From positions 12,716-76,715 of the forward strand of contig CAWKMY010000005.1 in the NCBI GenBank assembly GCA_963851055.1: 64,000 bases of DNA, read 5' to 3'. The notes beneath the pieces were generated by a model, which saw nothing but the letters and a program-made list of their open reading frames with translations, was not told the DNA's origin and searched no databases. Position 1 is the first letter of the stretch, and every line of letters starts with the position of its first letter. Made by a program: the position numbers and the translations under genes. The stretch is from an uncultured bacterium (GTDB lineage Bacteria; Patescibacteriota; Minisyncoccia; Phycocordibacterales; PALSA-1337). Below, piece by piece: positions 6,999 to 17,155 of this stretch.

Positions 6999-9734
6999 TT
7001 ATTTGACATGATGCGGCGCATCAATCATGCCACAATTCTTCCATTTATAGACCTTCCCCGTCTCTGGATTGATCGCCCCGCACGGACACGGATCATTCCT
7101 CCCCGGCTCATTTTTCGCGCCACCAATTATTGCACCGCCTGCAACCGAACGAGTCGAACCACCAGATACTGCGGTACGACTAGACCCATCGCCAGCCGTG
7201 ATAGCTTGCGCATCCGCTTGTATAGTATTCAAATTCTTATTGGCCACAACCTGACCATTTACCGTCGGTGTTATATTCGGCACGATGCGCATAACTTGAC
7301 CTCGCATAGCAGCTTCCATCTCTTTGAAGAGACGCAGGCCTTCTTTCTTGTATTCAACAAGTGGATCACGCTGACCATAAGCACGCAGATTGACGCTTGA
7401 ACGAGTGTAATCCATGACTTCGAGGTGTTCAACCCAATACATATCTATGGTCTGCAAAAGTATGATGCGTACGGCATTCAAGAATACTTCGCGACCAAAA
7501 TCGGCGACTCTCTTGGCAATCATCTCTTTGAAAACGGCGGCCTCATTCGAGGCGGCGCCAGCGCCACCATTAGTCGCGCCAACAACGGCATCTTCACCAA
7601 CAATCTCATTCAGCTCTGCTTCCACATCATCTATAGAGCCCAGCAATAATTTGCGGCGCCTGGCATAGACGCTCTTGCGCTGTGTATTGATGACATCGTC
7701 GAATTCCAGGACATGCTTGCGAGCGTCGAAATTGAAGCCTTCTATTTTCTCCTGGGCATTCTCCAGAGCGCGCGAGATCATACGATGCTCTATAGCCTGA
7801 TCTTCGGCGACACCGAGTTTACCCATCATGGACTTCATGGTATCAGAGGCAAAGACGCGCATAAGGGTATCCTCCATAGAGACGAAGAACTGTGTCTCAC
7901 CTGGATCACCCTGACGGCCGGAACGTCCGCGAAGTTGATTGTCTATACGACGAGCTTCATGGCGCTCTGTGCCTAGGACGAAAAGACCGCCGAGATTCTT
8001 GATCGCATCGTGGCTCTCCTGAGTATTCGGATTGCCGCCAAGCTTTATGTCCACACCACGGCCAGCCATGTTGGTGGCAATAGTTACAGCGCCGGGCTTG
8101 CCAGCTTGAGCTATGATCTCACCTTCACGCTCATGATTCTTTGCATTCAATATCTCGTGAGGTATACCTTCGCCACGCAGGAACTGCGACAAAATCTCGT
8201 TCTTATCTATGGAGACCGTGCCGATGAGCACCGGCTGACCTTTCACATGAAGCTCTTTAACCTTGCGAGCAATGGCTTTGTGCTTGCCTATCTCCGTCTG
8301 AAATATTTGATCATTCGAGTCTATACGCACGACAGGCTGATTGGTTGGAACCTGATATACGGCGAGGCCGTAGACTTTATAGAATTCTTCGCTAGAAGTA
8401 GCGGCCGTGCCTGTCATACCGGAAAGCTTCGGATACATGCGGAAGAAATTCTGATAAGTAATGGATGCGTACGTGCGCGATTCTTGCTGAATAGAAACAC
8501 CTTCCTTTGCTTCTATAGCCTGATGCAAGCCTTCAGACCAACGACGGCCGGGCTGGATGCGTCCGGTAAATTCATCGACGATGACGATGTTATTATCCTT
8601 GACCACATACTCTTTGTCTTTGTGATAAAGAGCTTTTGCACGTATGGCTGTTTCCAAATGGTGAACGGATTTTATTCCGGCATCAGTATAAAGATTGGCA
8701 ATACCAAGAGCTTTCTCAGCTTTATCTATACCAACCGGCGTCAAAGATATGGCCTTCTTCTTTTCATCAACTGTATAATCCGCGTCTTGCTTGAAAGAAG
8801 ATGACAATGAAGCGAACTGTTTGTAGACGCTCTCTGCATCACGAGTTGGCGCGGAAATGATGAGCGGCGTGCGAGCTTCATCGATGAGAATAGAGTCGAT
8901 CTCGTCAACGATGGCATAGTTCGGCTCGCGTTGGCGGAGATTGGCTGGATTGTATTCGAGGTTATCGCGCAAATAGTCGAAGCCAAATTCGCTGTTAGTA
9001 CCATAAGTAATATCTGCCGCATATGCTTCGCGACGCGAAACTGGACGGAGGAATTCGTGAACCACTTTGAAAGAACCAAGCTCGTCCCTCTTCTCGTCAA
9101 GTGGATCAACTCCTTTCTCCTGGCTCCCTGCTTCCGACTTCTTACTCTGGTGCTTCGGGTCATACATGAAAGACGACTCATGATTGATGACAGCAACGGA
9201 AAGTCCGAGAGCATTGTAGATCTGTCCCATCCATGCGGCGTCGCGACGTGAGAGGTAGTCGTTAACTGTGACCACATGAACGCCTCTACCAGTAAGTGCA
9301 TTCAAATATGCAGAGAGAGTTGCTACTAGAGTTTTTCCTTCACCAGTTTTCATTTCGGCTATGCCGCCAGCGTTCAAGACCATGCCGCCAATAAGTTGGA
9401 CGTCGAAATGGCGCTGACCGAGGGTGCGGCGAGCGGCTTCGCGAACAACAGCGAAGGCTTCTGGGATGATTTCAGCGAGGAGTTGGGAGTTAGGAGTTTG
9501 GAGTTTGGAGTTTGGAGTTTGGAGTTGGGAGCTTATCGGTTTCCGACCATCTCCGCCGGCCGACGAATCAAGCTTCAATCGTTCCTTGAATTCAGCCGTT
9601 TTTTCCTTCAATTGCTCATCAGAAAGAGCCTTAATCGATGGCTCAAAGGCGTTTATTTGCGCCACAATGGGCTCGAAAGCCTTTACGCTCGATGTATGGT
9701 TGGTATTGCCGAATAGCTTGCCGAAAATGGACAT
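6999..9734 (-). CDS. secA: preprotein translocase ATPase SecA
   Basis: 911 aa. MKTGEGKTLVATL is Walker A. Other landmarks are DEIDSILIDEARTPLIIS and TNMAGRGVDIKLGG. The C-terminal zinc motif is RNDPCPCG..KWKNCG. Confidence 0.97.
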   Translation of the reverse strand: MSIFGKLFGNTNHTSSVKAFEPIVAQINAFEPSIKALSDEQLKEKTAEFKERLKLDSSAGGDGRKPISSQLQTPNSKLQTPNSQLLAEIIPEAFAVVREAARRTLGQRHFDVQLIGGMVLNAGGIAEMKTGEGKTLVATLSAYLNALTGRGVHVVTVNDYLSRRDAAWMGQIYNALGLSVAVINHESSFMYDPKHQSKKSEAGSQEKGVDPLDEKRDELGSFKVVHEFLRPVSRREAYAADITYGTNSEFGFDYLRDNLEYNPANLRQREPNYAIVDEIDSILIDEARTPLIISAPTRDAESVYKQFASLSSSFKQDADYTVDEKKKAISLTPVGIDKAEKALGIANLYTDAGIKSVHHLETAIRAKALYHKDKEYVVKDNNIVIVDEFTGRIQPGRRWSEGLHQAIEAKEGVSIQQESRTYASITYQNFFRMYPKLSGMTGTAATSSEEFYKVYGLAVYQVPTNQPVVRIDSNDQIFQTEIGKHKAIARKVKELHVKGQPVLIGTVSIDKNEILSQFLRGEGIPHEILNAKNHEREGEIIAQAGKPGAVTIATNMAGRGVDIKLGGNPNTQESHDAIKNLGGLFVLGTERHEARRIDNQLRGRSGRQGDPGETQFFVSMEDTLMRVFASDTMKSMMGKLGVAEDQAIEHRMISRALENAQEKIEGFNFDARKHVLEFDDVINTQRKSVYARRRKLLLGSIDDVEAELNEIVGEDAVVGATNGGAGAASNEAAVFKEMIAKRVADFGREVFLNAVRIILLQTIDMYWVEHLEVMDYTRSSVNLRAYGQRDPLVEYKKEGLRLFKEMEAAMRGQVMRIVPNITPTVNGQVVANKNLNTIQADAQAITAGDGSSRTAVSGGSTRSVAGGAIIGGAKNEPGRNDPCPCGAINPETGKVYKWKNCGMIDAPHHVK
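9479..9530. repeat. heptanucleotide tandem array (GGAGTTN, about 7 copies) inside secA
   Basis: The + strand reads ggagttg ggagtta ggagttt x4 ggagttg gga. On the coding strand this gives SSQLQTPNSKLQTPNSQL in frame. Confidence 0.85.
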
Positions 9735-9755
9735 AGTTAAGCCACTTTAGCACAT

Positions 9756-10835
9756 TTAATTGACCCACTCCACCTCCGCTTCTATGGTGATGCCTGTGGC
9801 TTCTTTGACTCTTTTCATCAGATCTTTGGTCAATTCAACTATCTCCATAGCACTAGCACCTGGCTTGGCGATGAGAACAAGAGCCTGCTTTTCATATGTG
9901 CCGACTCCTCCCTTCATCACACCCTTGGCATGGCAAATATTATCCAACACCCAACCAAGCGGAATCTTCGCTCTACCCCAAGGTTCAGGAAAGCCTGGCA
10001 GATTTGGATATCTCTTTTTAAGCATCGAGTATTTCAATTTGGATACAACCGGATTCTTGAAAAACGATCCGGCCGTGCCCCACAATTTCCAATCAGGCAA
10101 TTTCTTCCAGCGGATATCTATAACGGCTTTGCGCACATCTGCCGGAGTCGGAGAATGTGCCGCCGGAAGATCTTTGTCATTGGCCATTGATCCTCGATCA
10201 TCAAAATAATTTTTAAGATCTTTGTACCCAATATTCACAGTCGAATCTTTCTTAAGCTTAAAGTCTACTCGAGTGACCACATACCTTCCCTTCCGATGCT
10301 TGAACATGCTGTCACGATATGCGAATTTGCAATCCTTGTTAGACAGATCGACGAAAGCCATTTTCCTCGTATCGAAAGCGCGAACTGAAGAAATAAATTG
10401 CTTGGCCTCAGCTCCATATGCGCCGAGGTTCTGAACTGGAGCGGCACCGACGGTTCCGGGGATTGCGGAGAGATTCTCAAGGCCAGAGTAACCATGTGAG
10501 ACTGTCCATTCAACAAAATCATCCCACGCTTCACCGGCGGCTGCAGAGATGATGTAATGTCCTCCGGCTGCGGGTGTTTCTTTTCCCACATTCTTTATTC
10601 CTTCTTCCTTTATTCCTCTGTTATCCATCTTGATGACCAATCCGGGAAATCCATTATCCGAGATGAGCAGATTCGATCCGCCGCCAAGAATAAAAAAAGG
10701 GATCTTTCTTTTCTTGGCAAAAGCTACGGCTTCGCGCACATCGTCTTCATTCGTGACCGAACAAAAAAAGCGGGCTGGTCCGCCGATCTTGAATGTGGTG
10801 TATTCCGCGAGCTTTATATTTTCCTGAATGTTCAT
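9756..10835 (-). CDS. murB: UDP-N-acetylenolpyruvoylglucosamine reductase
   Basis: 359 aa. The FAD-binding N-terminus is LAEYTTFKIGGPARFF..ILGGGSNLLISD. The C-terminal domain motif is GSFFKNP. Confidence 0.9.
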   Translation of the reverse strand: MNIQENIKLAEYTTFKIGGPARFFCSVTNEDDVREAVAFAKKRKIPFFILGGGSNLLISDNGFPGLVIKMDNRGIKEEGIKNVGKETPAAGGHYIISAAAGEAWDDFVEWTVSHGYSGLENLSAIPGTVGAAPVQNLGAYGAEAKQFISSVRAFDTRKMAFVDLSNKDCKFAYRDSMFKHRKGRYVVTRVDFKLKKDSTVNIGYKDLKNYFDDRGSMANDKDLPAAHSPTPADVRKAVIDIRWKKLPDWKLWGTAGSFFKNPVVSKLKYSMLKKRYPNLPGFPEPWGRAKIPLGWVLDNICHAKGVMKGGVGTYEKQALVLIAKPGASAMEIVELTKDLMKRVKEATGITIEAEVEWVN

Positions 10836-10871
10836 TGAAAGTCCGTCCTACAATATCGAGATTGCGCCGAC

Positions 10872-10940
10872 TGATGGCGAGCGGGTGTGAGCTCCAAATA
10901 ATATGTCTAAATATAATGTGAGTACAGCCGCTCGCCGTCA
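10872..10940. repeat. long imperfect inverted repeat in the putative murB leader
   Basis: Left arm tgatggcgagcgggtgtgagctc (10872-10894) pairs with right arm gtgagtacagccgctcgccgtca (10918-10940), about 75 percent complementary. An AT-rich 23-nt loop separates them. Confidence 0.5.
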
Positions 10941-10959
10941 CTAGGAGCAATCTACGCCT

Positions 10960-10988
10960 ATTATACTCGCGGATTTTATCCGGCGCAA
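10960..10988 (-). promoter_or_regulatory. putative murB promoter
   Basis: On the minus strand: TTGCGC (10983-10988), 17 nt, TATAAT (10960-10965). It lies about 125 nt upstream of the murB ATG. Confidence 0.4.
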
Positions 10989-11003
10989 CGCCGACTCCAC
11001 AAC

Positions 11004-11026
11004 GCAAAAGGCCGCCGAGGGCGGCA
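11004..11026 (-). terminator. rho-independent terminator after the O-antigen-ligase-like gene
   Basis: The minus strand reads GCCGCC-CTC-GGCGGC followed by CTTTTGCG. The GC stem is at 11011-11025. Confidence 0.55.
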
Positions 11027-11130
11027 CTTTGCGAGACATTTATTGGAGAGTGCCCACCTGGGTACTCACATGACGACTATAGCATTTTTCAGCCGAAAAA
11101 TCAAGTGAAACTGTGGAAAAACCGCTCTTT

Positions 11131-11160
11131 CTCCCAACCCCTAACTCCCAACTCCTAACT
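11131..11160. repeat. heptamer repeat patch related to the secA array (opposite orientation)
   Basis: The sequence is ctcccaa cccctaa ctcccaa ctcctaa ct. Its reverse complement contains ggagttgggagttagg, a 16-nt exact match to 9479-9494. It abuts or overlaps the stop codon of 11159..13480. Confidence 0.8.
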
Positions 11161-13480
11161 ACTTCCCAGCCTGCGCCTGCTTTATAGCCGCATCAATCTG
11201 GGTGGCGTATTCCGGATGGTTCTTCTCTATGACTTTCAGTGTGGCCACGGCGGCACTGATCATACCTGCGGCGTATTGGGTTTGAGCCAAAGCCAACTGG
11301 AGATTGACATTATCCGTCGACGTACCGATCAGAGACTCATATATGGCGATAGCTTTTGGATATTCTTTGGCTACTGAATACGCTTGAGCTATGCCGGATG
11401 TATTGAACAGAGATGGATCATCTCCGAAGATGGATTGGGCTTGTGTGTCTTGGCCGCTAATGATGAGTGCCGTGGCATAGCCGGTCTGGGCATCCGGATT
11501 GTCAGTTGCTGACTGGTAAGCCTGTTTGAAGATGTCCACGGCCTGCGTCAATTTGCCTTCATTTATATAATCATTGCCGAGCTCAAAATCGATGGTCTGT
11601 TTTGCCGGTGAGAGAAGATGGGCGTCTATGAGTATCGGTTCCGCTTGGCTAAAAGCGCCTATTTGATCTAAGAACGACCCCGCCAAAGTGTATATACGAG
11701 CATCTTTTGGCGTGGCGGTGATCTGGGCTTGAATCTCGTTGCTGGCCAAAGTGAAGAAAGCCTGCTTGGTCGGACTAGGGATTTGTTGGGCCGATATGAC
11801 TTGTCCGGCGCAAGAAAATAATTGTTCGCGCGTCTCCTGGTAGCCCACATAGGCGCCGACTGATAAGGCGTTCTGGAAGAGAGACGGATCCGGCACGCTG
11901 CCCGGAGAAGAATTGCCGCAAGATTGGAGAGCGACGATCAAACGAGTATTCTCCTGTATCGGCCGCCAAGTGAACCAATAGACGCCGAAGATGAGGACGA
12001 TGATAGCGACTGGAGCAATAACGTACTCGACGACTTCCACGCCTATTTCTCGCGTGCCGCCGAGAATTTTCGACGCAGTCGTAGTCGCGGAGTCGGACGA
12101 AGAGTGTACGGCGACAGATGCGCCGGCGAGTGGCGTCTTGCGCGGCAATGACGCGGCAAATGCCAGCATGGCGAAGAACAATACGTAACTGGCCAAGTTA
12201 TCGAAGACGAAAGCGTTGTGGATAGCGTAGCCGGCGAGAAGACCCGTTAAAGCGCTTTTTTCAGCAACAGAAAGCGTCGACTTCCATACGGCCATCAGGA
12301 ATAGAATATATAGTGCGAGATATGCGGCTAAGCCTACGATGCCGGAATTCACCAGCCAATCGAAGTAGACGCTATGGGCGCGATCGAACCATTGTTCCTG
12401 GCCCCACATAGCCGGAGCGTAATTGGCGTTGAAGATATAGTTGAAATTCTCTTGGCCCCAACCGAGAACCGGTCTCTCTTTGAAACCGGTGAAAGCTTCC
12501 TGCCAGATATATAGGCGCGCGACTGTTTCGCTTGAAGAAAAAGATATGCTGGCCATACGACCCAATACAGGGTTATTCTCGATGAACGGTTGGTGACGCA
12601 AGCCTATGAAAGCGACGATGACGATGATGAATAGGCCGACTATGCCGCCGGATATTTGCCGCGCACGCCTGACAGAAGCCGCCTTGGCACCGTCGAGTTT
12701 TGCGCCGTCCGCGCCTTTACCGGCGAAAATAGCGTAGACGAGAAGAGCTAGCATGATACCGCCGACTAGACCTAGAATGGTTCCGCGAGTGGCGGTCTCG
12801 TAGAGAAGGAATGAGAACATCACAACGAGAATGCCGTAGAGCCACTGCAAGCGCGTCGAGTTGGCTGTGGCGGCTTTGCGTGCTTCGAAGAATAGGTAGG
12901 CGGCGAAGCCGGCGGAAAGGAGCATGTAGACGGCCATATAGGCCGCGTTGCCGAGAGAGGCGTCGACGCGAGAAGAGCTCTGATGGATAGCCGCCCAGCC
13001 AAAGAGTTGAGCGAAGCCGTAGCAAGCGACCAAGAATGCGACAACGAGCGAGACATTGATCCAACGATGCCACATGATCTTATTCGGCTGACCCTGTCCA
13101 CCGGATTCCACGGCGCCAAAGATGCTCACCGCCGTTATGAAGAACATCCAGAGATGGATGACCGTTATCCATCCTTCCATACGCTCAAAGTTGGACCATA
13201 GACTGCGGAGCGGATTGACACCGACCAGATCAGCGACCAGAGTGACAATGGCGAATATGGTCACGCCTAGAGTAAGGGCGTTTATGCGCGGCCGGTATTT
13301 CGCGTCGATGAAAGCCAGGACAACCCATGCGGCGAAAGCGATCTCCACCAAGGTCCGGAAATAGAAAGCCTTACCCGTGATGAATGGAAAGAAAAACGAA
13401 TTGGCCACGATGAGCGGAAAGAACGGTACCAGGAATAGCGCGGCGAGCGATATGAAACGGGTAATGGATTTTAGGGACAT
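11159..13480 (-). CDS. O-antigen ligase/polymerase-like (Wzy_C-type) polytopic membrane protein with a C-terminal TPR-like repeat domain
   Basis: 773 aa with many hydrophobic spans. ETATRGTILGLVGG resembles the O-antigen ligase loop motif. The C-terminal about 250 aa is alanine/glutamine-rich and repeat-like: AQAYSVAKEYPKAIAIYESL, LALAQTQYAAGMISAAVATL. Confidence 0.7.
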   Translation of the reverse strand: MSLKSITRFISLAALFLVPFFPLIVANSFFFPFITGKAFYFRTLVEIAFAAWVVLAFIDAKYRPRINALTLGVTIFAIVTLVADLVGVNPLRSLWSNFERMEGWITVIHLWMFFITAVSIFGAVESGGQGQPNKIMWHRWINVSLVVAFLVACYGFAQLFGWAAIHQSSSRVDASLGNAAYMAVYMLLSAGFAAYLFFEARKAATANSTRLQWLYGILVVMFSFLLYETATRGTILGLVGGIMLALLVYAIFAGKGADGAKLDGAKAASVRRARQISGGIVGLFIIVIVAFIGLRHQPFIENNPVLGRMASISFSSSETVARLYIWQEAFTGFKERPVLGWGQENFNYIFNANYAPAMWGQEQWFDRAHSVYFDWLVNSGIVGLAAYLALYILFLMAVWKSTLSVAEKSALTGLLAGYAIHNAFVFDNLASYVLFFAMLAFAASLPRKTPLAGASVAVHSSSDSATTTASKILGGTREIGVEVVEYVIAPVAIIVLIFGVYWFTWRPIQENTRLIVALQSCGNSSPGSVPDPSLFQNALSVGAYVGYQETREQLFSCAGQVISAQQIPSPTKQAFFTLASNEIQAQITATPKDARIYTLAGSFLDQIGAFSQAEPILIDAHLLSPAKQTIDFELGNDYINEGKLTQAVDIFKQAYQSATDNPDAQTGYATALIISGQDTQAQSIFGDDPSLFNTSGIAQAYSVAKEYPKAIAIYESLIGTSTDNVNLQLALAQTQYAAGMISAAVATLKVIEKNHPEYATQIDAAIKQAQAGK

Positions 13481-13562
13481 GTGATTTCGGCTGGATTAAT
13501 ACAGATAAGCTATTAAATGACTAGTTCGTACATCATACTGAATATATGACAAATACTCAACA

Positions 13563-15152
13563 ATGGGGACCAAAGGTGATAATATGGCCATCGTGGAACA
13601 GACTTCACTGACTTATAAAACTTTCAAGAATATCTCATACAATATCATCGGATATATATGGCCGATGGCGTTCGCGTTGCTCGTAACGCCTATAATCATC
13701 TTCCGCCTCGGAGTGAAGAATTACGGAATATATCTATTGATATATGCTTTCATAGGTATTCTCAGTCTTCTAGATTTTGGTTTAGGAGTAGCAATAATAA
13801 AACATCTCACTTTTTATTACGGAAAAAAAGACGAGGTGTCGATAGAACGACTTGTTCGTACTTCTAATTCTCTATATTTTCTGATTGGACTTTTAGGGAT
13901 TGCTATTTCAATCTGCATCACCTCAATAGGAATATTCAAACCGAATATTTTTCCGGCACAGTTTACTAGTTACATACAATATTCATGGCTTTTCCTCATT
14001 GCCGGACTGACATTCTTTGTTAACTCGATATCCGCTCTTTATAATATGGTCTTCTATTCTCTCCAAAGATTTGATCTGAGCAACAAGATTGGCATGATCT
14101 CTCTGGCTATCACCAGCTTCGGCACTTTAGTCGTAGTGCTTTTACACGGATCGCTTCAGACGATCTTTCTAACCCAACTGATCATAGGTATCATCTTTGC
14201 GATCGTAGCCTTTCGATACGCTAAAAAGATTCTTCCTCAAATCTCTTTCTCATTCGGCTGGAATAAAGAAGAGATAAAAAAATATTATTCCTTTGGTTTG
14301 GTCGCTTCAATAAACAATATCGCAAATACAGCCCTCTCTTCATTAGATCGAATGATCATCCCGTTCTTCGCGGGACCGAGCAATCTAACCTACTACAGTG
14401 TCCCTGGAAATGTGACAGGTAAGATTCCAGGCTTCGCTAACACCCTGAGCACAACTCTCTTTCCTACAACTTCTCAACTAGATGGAAGTAAAGATAAAAC
14501 AAGGATAGAAATACTATATATCAGATCATTCCGTCTTATAACTATTATCGCCTCGTCTCTAACTATTACAGCTATCGCTTTTTCATACAAAATACTTCTC
14601 TATTGGCTCAATACGGACTTCGCCATCCATTCGACAAAAATACTCATAATCCTTGCTTTCACGAATTTCATACTAGCCATGCTGGGACCTCTTTCAAATT
14701 TCATACTTGGCCTTGGTAAATTGAAATTCTTGACCACAATGTCGGTCATAATGGGAATATTGAACGCTATACTCCTTTTGATCTTACTGCCGAGATACGG
14801 CATAACTGGCGCGGCTTGGGCATACCTGTTATCAATTCTGCCGGTTGGATATATGTTCTACTGTACTGAAAAGAAATTCCTATTACTTTCTGGCCGCAAA
14901 GAGTATTATCTGAAAAAAATTCTGATGACCGTGGTGACTTCATCGGCAGTATGGGTGATAGACGTGTGTTTCCTTTCGTCGCTTGTCATAAACTTGGGCA
15001 CGCTCTTGTGCATGGGTGTAGTATCGCTGGTATCCTATATGCTCTTATACAAGCTATTTGGATTCTTCGAAAAAGAAGACTGGGGAGATATGGAGCTTTT
15101 CTTTGCAGAAGCCTTAGATAAGGTAGGACTAGGGAGATTTAAAAAGAAATAA
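13563..15152 (+). CDS. Wzx-like polysaccharide flippase (MOP superfamily)
   Basis: 529 aa and highly hydrophobic throughout. The N-terminus FKNISYNIIGYIWPMAFALLVTPIIIFRLGVKNYGIY is typical of polysaccharide biosynthesis/flippase proteins. Confidence 0.75.
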   Translation: MGTKGDNMAIVEQTSLTYKTFKNISYNIIGYIWPMAFALLVTPIIIFRLGVKNYGIYLLIYAFIGILSLLDFGLGVAIIKHLTFYYGKKDEVSIERLVRTSNSLYFLIGLLGIAISICITSIGIFKPNIFPAQFTSYIQYSWLFLIAGLTFFVNSISALYNMVFYSLQRFDLSNKIGMISLAITSFGTLVVVLLHGSLQTIFLTQLIIGIIFAIVAFRYAKKILPQISFSFGWNKEEIKKYYSFGLVASINNIANTALSSLDRMIIPFFAGPSNLTYYSVPGNVTGKIPGFANTLSTTLFPTTSQLDGSKDKTRIEILYIRSFRLITIIASSLTITAIAFSYKILLYWLNTDFAIHSTKILIILAFTNFILAMLGPLSNFILGLGKLKFLTTMSVIMGILNAILLLILLPRYGITGAAWAYLLSILPVGYMFYCTEKKFLLLSGRKEYYLKKILMTVVTSSAVWVIDVCFLSSLVINLGTLLCMGVVSLVSYMLLYKLFGFFEKEDWGDMELFFAEALDKVGLGRFKKK

Positions 15153-15162
15153 TATTCTCAAT

Positions 15163-16113
15163 ATGTTCACATCGATCAAAAAGATATTACATAAACAGGA
15201 AGAGGCAAAATACTATCGGATCCAATCAGCGACACTAGCTTCATTCTATAATGAGTCAATAATAGATACTAAAGATCTGAAGGATGGAATCAGTTGCATC
15301 ATCTTTTCAATGGATAGAGCGATCCAACTCCATGCTTTGCTCGGATCTCTCTTTGCCAAATCGAGTTCGCCTATACCGACTTTCGTCATCTACAGATCTA
15401 CCAATCCGGAGCATGAAAAAGCTTATAAAGAAGTCATCTCTATATTTGCTGATCAGCCAGTGTATTTCGTCAAACAGGTAGAGAGATCGACCTTCGCTAA
15501 ACAATTGCTAGATGTCTTGGAAAAGATCCAGACAACGAAGTTGTTCTTCTTGGTAGATGACATCTTGGTGACTGAAGACATCGATGTGGATAATCTCAAG
15601 AAGGTGAATTGTGAGAGATATGTCATGAGCCTGAGGATGGGAAAAAACCTGAGATTTTGCAGCATGATCAATAAGCCTCAACCTTTGCCAATATTCATGC
15701 CTTCGCCCCAAGGACAAGAAAATAAGATCTGTTGGAAGTGGGACAAAGGACGATATGATTGGAACTATCCTTTGTCCGTGGATGGCCATATATTTCTGAC
15801 CAAGGAAATAATAGCAATGACCAAGAACATCCATTTTGATTCACCTAATACTTATGAAGGGAATCTCCAGATATTCAAACCTATCTTCGACCTTCGTTAC
15901 GGCCTAGCCTATGAAAGGTCAAAGATATTCAATATCCCATGCAACAAAGTGCAAACGGATAACAACAATGGATTCGGCACGATGCACCAAGACGATCTGC
16001 TGTCTAGATGGCAAGCCGGAGAACAGATAGATTTCGAAGCTTTATACGGATTCGATAATACAGACGTCCATCAAGATGTCGCCTTTAATTTCAAGAAAAG
16101 AAATGCCGAATAA
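15163..16113 (+). CDS. hypothetical protein of the glycan locus (possible glycosyltransferase)
   Basis: 316-aa ORF tightly packed in the operon and overlapping the next gene by 11 nt. I could assign no confident motif. Confidence 0.5.
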   Translation: MFTSIKKILHKQEEAKYYRIQSATLASFYNESIIDTKDLKDGISCIIFSMDRAIQLHALLGSLFAKSSSPIPTFVIYRSTNPEHEKAYKEVISIFADQPVYFVKQVERSTFAKQLLDVLEKIQTTKLFFLVDDILVTEDIDVDNLKKVNCERYVMSLRMGKNLRFCSMINKPQPLPIFMPSPQGQENKICWKWDKGRYDWNYPLSVDGHIFLTKEIIAMTKNIHFDSPNTYEGNLQIFKPIFDLRYGLAYERSKIFNIPCNKVQTDNNNGFGTMHQDDLLSRWQAGEQIDFEALYGFDNTDVHQDVAFNFKKRNAE

Positions 16114-17155
16114 ACCGAGAGTCAGCGTCATAATGCCAGCATACAAAGGCGAGAAGTATATTCGCGCCGCCATCGACAGCATCCTTACCCAAACTTTCAC
16201 TGATTTAGAACTACTGATAATCCTGAATGAAGCTTTTGACATAGAAGATAAAAGCCGCGAGATCATCGGATCTTACTCTGATCCAAGGATACGCTTAATC
16301 ATCAATGAAAAGAGAGGCTTGTCTGTTGCTAGAAATCTTGGAATAACCAGAGCCACCGGAGAATATATCGCAAATCTGGATTGCGACGACTGGTCATTTC
16401 CAACTAGATTGCAAAAACAAGTCGACTTCCTCGACATCAATCCGGAGTTCGGCTTGATCGGATCTTATATCGAAACTATTGATAAGGAAGGTTGCTCGAT
16501 CGGTAACATATGGTCTTTTCCTGCCTCGGCTGAAGAAGTGCCAACCATCTTATTCTTCGGCAATTACTTCGCCCAATCGGCTACTATGATCAGAAAGTCA
16601 GTCCTGCCAGCAAATGGTTATGATATAGATATGCTCGTTGCTGAAGATTATAATCTGTGGATCAGGATAGCGGAGAAAAGCAAAGCTTGGAATCTACCGG
16701 AGATACTGACCCAGATCAGACAACACGGAGAGAACAATACCGCCATATTAGCAAAGCTACATCCACCAACTACACAAAAAATATATGGACAGCTTTTGAC
16801 TAAACTTGGTCTTTCTTATTCAGATGAAGAATTAGATGACCATTATCTATATTGTGTCGGAAAATATGAAGCAACTGCTGAACATGCCGAATGGTTGAAG
16901 ATATGGTTCCAGAGGATAAGCGAGACCAATGATAAAACTGAAAGATACGATAAGATCATATTCACCAAAGCATTGCTAGGGCGATGGTATCTTTTCTGTA
17001 AAAAGACCAACAGGCGCTGGTGGCTACCGAGCAATATATTCTGGAAAGGCGTCAGATCATTAATCAAAAATCTGAGCCATAGAGAGAAAATAAGCTTATT
17101 CTATGCGGTCCCTAAACAAATTTTCCGTAAATTTGGTAGAGTAAAAGCCCAATGA
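16103..17155 (+). CDS. family 2 glycosyltransferase
   Basis: RVSVIMPAYKGEKYIRAAIDSILTQTF is the GT2 N-terminus, and NLDCDD is the DxD motif. I prefer the ATG at 16103 over the track start at 16076. Confidence 0.85.
   Translation: MPNKPRVSVIMPAYKGEKYIRAAIDSILTQTFTDLELLIILNEAFDIEDKSREIIGSYSDPRIRLIINEKRGLSVARNLGITRATGEYIANLDCDDWSFPTRLQKQVDFLDINPEFGLIGSYIETIDKEGCSIGNIWSFPASAEEVPTILFFGNYFAQSATMIRKSVLPANGYDIDMLVAEDYNLWIRIAEKSKAWNLPEILTQIRQHGENNTAILAKLHPPTTQKIYGQLLTKLGLSYSDEELDDHYLYCVGKYEATAEHAEWLKIWFQRISETNDKTERYDKIIFTKALLGRWYLFCKKTNRRWWLPSNIFWKGVRSLIKNLSHREKISLFYAVPKQIFRKFGRVKAQ

Noticed and set aside
9479-9530. CRISPR array or other spacer-repeat structure.
   Set aside because: The repeats are contiguous 7-nt units without spacers and lie inside a coding region. 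I saw no array of 25-40-nt repeats with unique spacers anywhere in the window.
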